36,747 nucleotides of DNA from a virus. Taxonomy: Duplodnaviria; Caudoviricetes. A program made the translations under genes and the position numbers. Under the pieces are notes generated by a model, which had not been told where the DNA came from, made no database searches, and was given only the letters and a program-made list of their open reading frames with translations. Numbering within the stretch: the stretch's first letter is position 1; each line of letters starts with the position of its first letter. Where the stretch lies: positions 1 through 36,747 of IMG/VR virus record IMGVR_UViG_3300037634_001197; one strand, written 5' to 3'. This document shows positions 1 through 9,800 of this stretch, in pieces.

Positions 1-126
1 TTGCACTTGTACTATTGTAGTATCTACAGTAACAACAGTTGTATCTGTCTGCGCAATACTAATCTTCCAAAAGGATAGAATTAACAAGATCAAACTGATC
101 CCTAATAGAGACTTTAATTTCTCCAA
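1..126 (-). CDS. Partial ORF with N-terminal signal peptide, runs off the left end (not in ORF track)
   Basis: TTG at 126 opens MEKLKSLLGISLILLILSFWKISIAQTDTTVVTVDTTIVQVQ, with no stop to position 1. Basic n-region, hydrophobic h-region and A-Q cleavage-like site. Overlaps the 3' end of 59..319 in another frame. Confidence 0.55.
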   Translation of the reverse strand, partial: MEKLKSLLGISLILLILSFWKISIAQTDTTVVTVDTTIVQVQ

Positions 127-319
127 TATCTTTTTTAACATAATCTATATCGTTTTTTAATACATCTATATTTGTAGTTTCGTGTCTATTTTCTAAGTAT
201 TCTACCTTTTCTTCTAAACGTTGTGTTTTATAATTTAACGTATAATACATACCAGCAATTGATACTACTAAAGTAACAACCCAAATAAGATCTTTAATAT
301 TTAAAGTAAAATTCTTCAC
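59..319 (-). CDS. Small membrane protein (N-terminal TM helix plus coiled coil); holin/spanin-like candidate
   Basis: 86 aa, GTG start, hydrophobic LIWVVTLVVSIAGMYYTL followed by a heptad-like charged region. Starts 1 nt after the upstream stop. Confidence 0.6.
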   Translation of the reverse strand: MKNFTLNIKDLIWVVTLVVSIAGMYYTLNYKTQRLEEKVEYLENRHETTNIDVLKNDIDYVKKDIGEIKVSIRDQFDLVNSILLED

Positions 320-320
320 G

Positions 321-527
321 CTATTGTTTTCTTATATATTCTAAAATTATATCTATTTTCTTTTTCATTTCCTCAAAATTTTCTGCTGCCCTTTCGTGGT
401 GGCGAGAGAATTGATTCTTTACTTCATACAAACTAAATACTAAAAACCTATATAGTGCATATAAAGCTCCTAGTAATAATATTAATGGTAATCCATAACC
501 TTCTATAAGTTGCAGTATTTCTTTCAT
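321..527 (-). CDS. Small membrane protein, holin-like candidate
   Basis: 68 aa with TM segment YGLPLILLLGALYALYRFLVFSL and a charged coiled-coil tail. Tightly coupled to both neighbours. Confidence 0.6.
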   Translation of the reverse strand: MKEILQLIEGYGLPLILLLGALYALYRFLVFSLYEVKNQFSRHHERAAENFEEMKKKIDIILEYIRKQ

Positions 528-528
528 C

Positions 529-861
529 TTACCAAAATAAATTTTTAGCTATCCATCCAATTATAGCCGCGTATAAAACCCACAATGCTTTCGTAACATT
601 ATTTTTCCAACTTTTCATTTGACGAAACGCCTGTAGATCTTTCATCCAACCAGGTAAAGCCTTATCTCTTTCGTCTAATCTTTCTGTGTTTTTGTTAACT
701 CTAACTACTAAGCCAGAATCTGGATCAAGTAGTTTAATCATTAACTTATCAATCTTCTCGTTCAACTCTTTAATATCTTCTCTTAGCATTTCTATATCTT
801 TTTGCATTAGTGCTACTTCTTGATTACAGAGTTTACACTCTGGGTACGTTGCTATTGTCAT
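529..861 (-). CDS. Coiled-coil protein with C-terminal TM helix
   Basis: 110 aa. N-terminal CxxC, coiled coil (MQKDIEMLREDIKELNEKIDKL), C-terminal hydrophobic ALWVLYAAIIGWIA. Confidence 0.7.
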   Translation of the reverse strand: MTIATYPECKLCNQEVALMQKDIEMLREDIKELNEKIDKLMIKLLDPDSGLVVRVNKNTERLDERDKALPGWMKDLQAFRQMKSWKNNVTKALWVLYAAIIGWIAKNLFW

Positions 862-874
862 TTGTTTAAATTAT

Positions 875-3800
875 TTAATCGTGATAGTAGCAATAACCTG
901 ATTTACTACTAGTTTTCATTTTACATTGCTTATCGTTCGACTTAATTTTCTTACACTGTGTTTTTTCTCCGGTTTCATTTTGTTCAACTTTCTCGTGTAT
1001 AGTACAATATTTTTTACCTTCAGCAATAGGAAGTTTACAAATTAAACACGTAATTTGTTTTCCTTCTTTTTTCTCTTGCTCTTGTTTCTTTTCACCTTCT
1101 TTCTTTTTTTCTTGTAGTTCTATCTTTTTCTCTTCCTCTTGTTTTACTTTCCTTTTTGCTTTAGCTATAACTTTCTTTTTCTCTTTAACTACTTTCTTTG
1201 CTTCTATAACTGCTTTAGGTTTGTCCATACCCAAATCCCACCTATTATAACCCATAAATAGAGCTATTCGCTGCCACGTTTCGTTTTCCGCATCAATAGC
1301 TCCTTTTAGATTATTTACTTTAGTAACTAGTCTATCTAAAGGAACGTTTGTAGTTGCTGACACAACATTTGCTGCAGCGTATAAACCTGGATTTTCTATA
1401 TCCATACCCATTTCACCTATAACATCTTTATTCCATTTATATCCATCTCCAGCACTTTTTAACTTCCTTACTTTAGATCCGATAGTTGGAGAAACATTTA
1501 ACATATCAACTACCACATTCATATAATCTTGATTGTACCCTTTCTCATTTTCATTCATGAATCTAATAACTCCATTCTTAATAGCGGATACAGATGCACC
1601 AGCAACACCAGTACCTCTTAATAAACCATCTGTCATAGTATTTAAAACTCGCTCTTGTTTTTTATCTATATAATCCTCACCTAGCTCATCATCGAATAAC
1701 ATAGAGAACATACCAGATTGTAAACTTGCAAATATCATACCTTGTATACCACCGTAATATAATATTCTTGAAATGTGTGCTTTAGGATCACCTCTACCAG
1801 AAGCCAAATCCATAGCACCTTTTTTCATTATACGAGCATACTGCATCGGTGTGTTTGCAAAAGCTAATATTAATCTACCGAGTGGAGAAGCTTGTTGTTG
1901 TGATATTAAATCTGGTCTAGCTGACTGCTGTGTTTTTTCTGCTATCTCTTGAAAATCTGTCCAAGCTTTTTTCTCAGCTTCTTTGGTTTCTAAACCTTGT
2001 TTCTCATACATTTTAATTCTATTACGAAGATATGTAGCTCCACCAGATGCAATAGCAAAACTATCTGCAAGTTGTGTAGGAGTAAAACCTTTTTTAAGCA
2101 ACCAACTTAAAGCAGCTTGAGCTTTATTAGAAGAACCTTCTACAGCTGCGGCAATTTCAGCTTCGTTAACATTCATCTTTAATCCCGCCCGTCTTTGCTT
2201 TAACATGTCAGAGTTATATATTGTGGCAAAATCCTTCCAATATTGTGGTTGATTTGCAAAAGCTTTACCAGCTTTAAATATATTATTTTCAGCATGGTTT
2301 ATATAATTAACAGAAGATAATAACTGTAAACCAGCAGATCGCATATTAAAGAACATAACAGCTCCAACAGAATTATTAGTCCAGTTCATAAACTTATTGG
2401 TAAGAGCATTTCGACCAGTTGTTCTATTAGTGCCATGCTCCATACGATACAGCATATCTTCTAAAGCTTCTCTATGATTTTTACCATATACGGCTTCTAT
2501 TTTATTCATATTCTTTTTAGAGAATACAATATTTTTATTTTCAATCCATTCGGCAAGATATTGCTTTCTACCCACCCTAGTTGTTACAGCGTGAAGATCT
2601 GCTGTTATATTTTCTGTCAACCAATGTTCTGTAGGCTCCACCCATCCTTCTTTTGTTTTCGATATTTTTCCTAATCCATCAGAAAATGCTTTTAGTTCTG
2701 GGTTGTTATTAACAACGTCATTTAATAATTTTAGATCTTTTTTGCTAATCCCAGGAACTTCAAACCCCGACTCTGTCCATCTATGTACTCTTATAGCGGC
2801 ATCGTGCGTAAAGCCAGTACCAGCCACTTTTTTCTTTAACATTTTTCTAGCGCCAGGCATTAGTTTTCTTAAAGCTAGATAATCATTAGCTGTGGTTTGT
2901 TTAGCGGTATTAATATCGTTTATACCTCTAGCAAATGGTTTAAACAAATTTTCATTCCACCATTCTTGATGTGCTTCTCCTCTTTTACCTTTACCAGCGA
3001 ACGTATAAGAAGTTAATAATTCAAAATCAGCAGCTGATGGTGGTATTACCCATTTGTACTTACCTTTCTTAGCGCCCATCATTTTAGCCGTAACAGATTT
3101 AAATTCTTTTTCTTTACTTATACCTTTTACATCTTCTATTATTTGATTAAATTCAACGTCTAAATTTTTACTAGCTAACGCTTGTTGCACGTTAGATTTA
3201 ACATCTAATTGATCTAATATCTTTTTAACAGGTTCAAGACTTTGCATTCCCTCTCTAACTTGTGGTTTAAGAACCTCACTTAATTTAACCGGAGTTTTAC
3301 CTGGAAGCGTAGTCCTAGCATCAGCATCTATTTCTAAAACCTTTTTAAGATCTAATCTTACTTTACCGTCAACTGTCTTTATAACATTCTTTAAGTCAGA
3401 ATTCTTTTCTGCTACTTTCCACCCTATCTCTGTTGCTTTATCGTTTAATTTAATTCTTCCGTACATATAAGCAATACCACCTTCACTATGCTGATGTGAT
3501 AATATATCTCCTTTTTGCCTAACCACGTTATTAGTAGTCATATCTCCAAAAGGTTGACCATAAGTATTAACAGCGCTCATTTTACCATCTGGAAAGAAAT
3601 TATATGAAGCTGTGGCTTTTCCGTCTTTATTAAAATCCTTAATTTCAACAATTCCACCTTTAGGATTATATCTTGTAGACTTAACTGTCTTACCATTAAC
3701 TCTATTTTCTACAATTTTAGTGCCTTCAGCATAACCATCTTGTGATTCTGCAAAAATCTCTTTCGTAACGGTTTTCTTGTCTTTGCTAACTGTTCTAGTT

Positions 3801-6800
3801 TCTCTAATAAACTCCTCAACTCGCCCTGTACCATCAGGAACAAGTTCTACTTTCTTTGTGACTCTACCTTCTTTAATACTTATAGTAGGTCCATCTGTAG
3901 CGTTATCCATTCTATCCCAATACTGTCTGTTTGCGTGAAACGATGATAATTTACCGTCTTGAAAAATTATTCTTTTTGGTCCTTTCTCATAAGCTGTCCA
4001 GTCCAACCAAGCGTCTTCTGTAAGTTTTCCTTTTTTAGCTTTTGTAATACACCATGGGTTAGAATCTATACCCCAATGAGTATTTACAATATCTCTAACA
4101 GCTTGTTGTCCTTCTTTTGTATTCTGAACTTCATAAACAGTGATACCTCTTTTTTTGTGTTCTCCTGAAAAAGTAAATTCTTTTACTTTACTTGGATCAA
4201 GAGGTTTCTCTTTAACTTTACCAGCATACTTTTCTATAAGTTCGTTAGGATTTCTGTAAGAAAATATATCTTCTTTATATTTCTCAGCTATTTCCACTGC
4301 TTGCTTTATCTTATAAGCATCCTCTTTTAATTTTACATTACTTGTAGCCAACCATTTAGTAGTTACTTGCTCGTATTTTTTCTTCTTATTTGCTGGGACA
4401 TTTAAAGCATCTATAAAATCGAACATATCGTCAATTGTTCTAGAAACCAAACCTTCTTTAACTAAATCAGGTCTATGCTTAGTTATAGTTTTTTCGTATT
4501 CTAATCTAAGTTTTCTAGATGCTAATACTCCTTCGTAGGTACCAGGAGAATCTAACTTGTTTACGTCTTGAACTTGAACAACTTTAGATTTAATATCTAA
4601 TTGATCTAAAACATGCTTAACCTCTTTAACATTTTGAACTACGTCATCAGCAAAGTACATATCATTATATCCTTCTGAAAACTTTTTAAGCATCCACATT
4701 GCTTTAGCTTCTCCAGTACTATTACCTAATCCAGTAATATTCTTTAAAGGTATGTTTAATCCTAAAGATTTTAAAAACTCTTGTATATGCGGAACTGCTT
4801 CAGGTGGTCTAGCTGTTAATATAAACTGATCTTTAGTTCCATATTTTTTAGCTCTATTTAAAGCTTTTTGGAAAAATGGACCTGGTTCACCTTCTTTAAT
4901 AGTGTTAAATTCTGAAAAATCAAACTTACCTCCTCTATCTAATATTTCTTTTCCTTGAATAGCAAATTGCTCAGCATCTAATCTAATTTTTTCATAACCA
5001 CTAACAAAATTATCCATCTTAGCAACTAAGTCTTCTGGCATCACATCTTCTTGTTTTAATTTATCAGTCTTAACCTCCATGAATCGTTCGCCAAACATAG
5101 TTCTAAACCCTGGTTTATTACCTTGAACAGCAGCGTGATTCTTCTCCACCATTTTATCTAATAAAGATCTTTCTTCTCTAGCCTTATTTCTTTTTAACGC
5201 TGTTTCTAAAGATGTTTCAACAAATAACATACTAGCATCATATCCTTTGTCTTTAAACTCATTAACAAGTTTTTCCATAGCTTTTATAGAACCACCAGTA
5301 CCATCAACAACAACCCCATCAGCATCGCCTTTATACTTCATCATTTTATCTTTAGCTATTTGTCTAGCTTGATGTTGTAATTTACCTAAAGTACTTCTTT
5401 GCTCTTTAGTTAACTCATTCATATTCTCTGGTAAACCATGGTTTTTCTTTAACCACTCTAAGGATATATCTTGATTAACTATTTTAAACCCTTGTTTTTC
5501 TAATTCTAATTTTTTAATAACATTACTTTTACCACTACCAGCACCACCTGCTAAAAATACTACTTTCCTTTTTGGTTTTGGTTTACCATCAATATTAGGT
5601 ATTCTAGCTTTAACTCCAGATTTACTATGTATTAAGGTACCATCTAAATCCCAAGTACTCATACCTCTTGATTTTTTATCTTTCTTTCTACCTTCTTTTA
5701 TAGCTTTATCATATGTGTTTGCAGCGTCTAATTGCTTAGAGTTCAATCTACTTTCAGCACCTTTCTTTATACCTTCTGGGAATATAGCGTTATTATACCT
5801 TCTTAAAGCTTCTCCTCTAGCTTGCATTTCAGCGTAAGTTTCAGTAGTACCAGTACTATATTCTTTTATTACTTTTCCTTTAGCGTTAAACTTTTGAAAT
5901 GCCATACCAAAATCTGATATATTAGCATTCATATAGTACCTATAATCCATAGGATCTAAACCAGGCGTGTGATCTGGTGGTAACTCTGATTTATATAATA
6001 CATTAACCGCCTGATCTTTAGATTTAGGGATAAGAGTCGTGTGATAATCTTTCAATGTTAAATCTAAAGCTTTCTTAAGAGATTTTTTAATAGCTGGATC
6101 TTTTTCTAATATGTAATCGTATATACGGTTCGCAACGTCTTTTGCTGGTGTTATATGCTCTAAAACCCACTTTTTCATATCAGTACCCCAAAGTTTCATT
6201 AATTCTTTTGGACTACCCTTTGGTAGTATAGCTAATGAAGCAGACTTCTTAATTAATCCTTTCATAGAACCCGAATGAATGTCTGCAAACGTTCTAACAT
6301 GTTTGTATGTTACTCCCGTTGTTGCCTCGTTCATATGTAAGTCATTTAATATTTCCACGGCGCGCTTTAAAACTTTTTTATTAAATTCAGCGTTTTCATA
6401 AAGCTTTTGACGACCCGCTTCATTAAAAGATTTAGCCCCAGGTTTAAATCCAATATCAGCAAAAACATTAGCTTTAACACCGGGTCTATTTGAAGGGCCT
6501 CTTTCTATACCTTGATATATTTTATTTGTTTTAGGTAGATTACCTAACATTTCGTTAACATGCGAGACATCTCTCCACACACTAGTTCTGTTTATTTCAG
6601 TAGGTAAACCAGCTTCCATAGCCTCTATGGTTCTCCATTTTCCATAACCACCTGGGCCAGTTGTACCATCTAAAAACGTTGCTTCATATACACCCTTCCC
6701 AAATTCAGCCTCTAATTTTTCCGCGAGTAAAGCGTCTGTATACTGTGCTTTTCTCATGTAATCTTTACTAGCAAAGGTGTCTTCTACACGTTCATAACCG

Positions 6801-9800
6801 TGTTTCATTTCTATAGCAGATCTTTCATTTGGTAAAAATATAGTTTTACCAATTCTAGTTGCTAGACGTACCTGTGTGAGACCTTCTATATCTAATTTTG
6901 TTTTTAGTTCTTTACCTATTTTATCAAGATCTTTCATAGATACACCAAATTCATAACCTCTATATTCTTTAAAGTATTCTTTAAAAGATTGTTCTATAGG
7001 ATTTTTAATACTTTTATCTTTTACATTCGCGTCTAGTATTTCGCGAAACTCAGGTGTTTGTATTTCTGCAAAAAATCTACGTTGATCTTTACTTTTTTGA
7101 ACACCTAAGGTTTTACTATATAAAGCTGGTGGTTTACCTGCGCTAACTTGATCTGCAATATCTTTAAGAGAAGGAGCTTTTTTAACTTGTTGAACAGCTG
7201 TAGCCCTAACAACTTGATTCATTAAAGCTTTCTGTTTTTGACTATGAGACCTGTCTTTCTTTATTTCAAATATTTTCTTAAAATCAGTTTCAAACTGTTC
7301 AATAGATTTGTTTACTTTATTAAGATTAGTTTGTAATTTATCTACTCTTTCCCCAGCCCTCGTATAGACATCTAAGTTATTAGCAATATCTAAACCTTCT
7401 TTTGCAAGTTTCTTTCTTGCTCTTTCTGTTCCTTTTATTTCTTCAGATATTTCAAAAGCTTTATTTTTGTTTAAAGTGTATTCATTTAATCTTTTACTTC
7501 TTACATACACACCATCTTTTAAAGTATACAAAAGTGGTTCGTGCTCAAGTTTTGTCTGAACACCCATAGCTTTACCTACTAATTTTTTTGGTGGTTTATA
7601 TTCACCTACCAATTCACCCTCTCTTACAAATGTTTTTTCTGGTACAACTGTTTCCGGAAACGCTGTTTCAATAATAGTAGATGTTTCTTTTGCTATATAT
7701 TCGTTTATAGCTTTAGAATCAGGTATTGCTAAATTTTGCGCTGCGCTTTTTTGCATCTTCTCAAACATAGCCTCACTAACACCAAACTTATCTACGATAA
7801 TATGTTTTTCTAACCCCGTACCTCTATATTGCTCACCTGCTTTTTTATAACCTAACAACGCATCTGTAGGATCTAGTCCTTCTGCACTTACTTCCTTTAC
7901 TATACTCTTATCTAATTTTAACGCATCAGCTGCTATTATTTGCGGTCTTATTCCTTTTTTCTTTTTCTCAGTTGGTGTAATCTCTAACTCAACACCTTTT
8001 ACATCAGCCACGTCAAATCCAGCCTCACGTAAAACATCTAAACTTTGTTGGAAAGGTTGACTACCCTTCTGAGCTCTTCTTAATATATTACCTAGTTGTG
8101 GTTCTAATCTAGATCTTAGATAATAACCAAATGGTACGTTAGGATCTTTATAGCTATTTAAAATCTTAGTTAATTGCTCATTTAAACTTGACTCGAATTC
8201 TACATAATCAACATCTCCTTTAGCATCAAATTTTCTTTTCTTCCAATTACCAATAGTACCCATGTTATTTTCTATCAAGATACCACGTTGCCTAGACCAC
8301 GTTTCCATATCTTTAACACGCTGCGCTTTTGCTTCAAATGCTTTACCACTCTTCTTCGGCATAGCCTTGATCTCATTCCTTAAACTAATTATTTCATCAG
8401 CTATAGCTCTATCGTAAGTATACTTATCGCTTTTCTCAATAAATTTTCCATCTACAAATTCTTCTCTTACACTTACTGGATCTATTTTTTCTTTATATTT
8501 TTCATATATCCCATCAAAATCAACCCTTGTTTTTACATCTTCTATAGTCTCAACTGCTTTCTTATTAACATCAGAATGTTTAACATTTTTATTTATTGCA
8601 TCAATCTTCTTGTTAATCTTTTGTATCTTTCCTTTATTCTCTTCTCTTTCCTTATCGCTACCAGCCATTAAAATAGTTTTTTGATTTTGCAATTTAGTTC
8701 TTGCTACTTTCAAATCTCCAGATCCTAATGATCTTCCAGTTTTGCTATCAACAACTTCCATAGCTGTCGTTGTATGTCCTGTCTCTTGCCAATCTATAAC
8801 CTTATCCAACTCACCCATTAACTCTTCTGTTTTACCAGCTTTTCCTTTACCTACAGATTCCAAGTAATCGTTAAACCATCTAACAACATCTTTTTCTTTT
8901 GTTAAATCATATTTATGCCCAGCTTCTTTACCAATGCTTCTAATCCAACCACCAAGTCTTGCGTAGGCATTTGAATCTTTTAATTTATTATAATTAGCTT
9001 TATCTGCTAAATTTTCTTTTATATAGCTAAATAACTCCCACTCTTTTATTCTTTGATTATTAATCTCATGCCCAGCATCATAACCCTCTTCTTTCATTGC
9101 TTCAGCTAACGTAAAGTTTCTTCCTGTCTTTGGATTAAAAGATTCTATTTCAATTTGCTCAGCTATCTTATTTAATTTCCCTAGAAAATCTCCTTTAAAC
9201 CTAGCGTTTTCAGTAAAGTTTCTAAATGTAAATTCATGGCCTAGTTCATGGGGTGCTATACCTGGAGAATATTTTTCAGCGTTTACCCTTATCTTTCGCT
9301 TATTAGGATTTTTAGGATCAATTTTCCATTCAGCATTATTTCCCATTGGTTTCTCACCAAATTTTAATTTGTCATTGTGTACAACATCAACTTCTAAAGT
9401 AATCCCTTGTTCTTTAGCTTGTTTTATATATGGATCAAAATCATTAGCAACTTTTTTATCTGCGGTTAAAGGATTTAAATAACCTTGAGCACGTTGAACT
9501 TGCTGTATTCTACCAGTCATATTACTGTGAACCTCTAAGTGTTTATTGTACTCTGCTAATCCTTTGTCTCCTAAATTCTCTGTTATAGCTTGTTGAGATT
9601 TTTTACTCCAAAACCCGTTATCTTTTATTACCTTCTCGAGATTTAAACCTTTACCTTTTGCTGTTTGTATCGCTAAGTTAACTTGCCCTTGTGCTAATCC
9701 CCAAGCTTTTCTTTTTGTACTTTTTAATCCGTTGTATGTTTTTAAATCAGCAAATCCTTTAAAACTTCCCATACCCATAGCCCATCCAAAAATTCCATTC

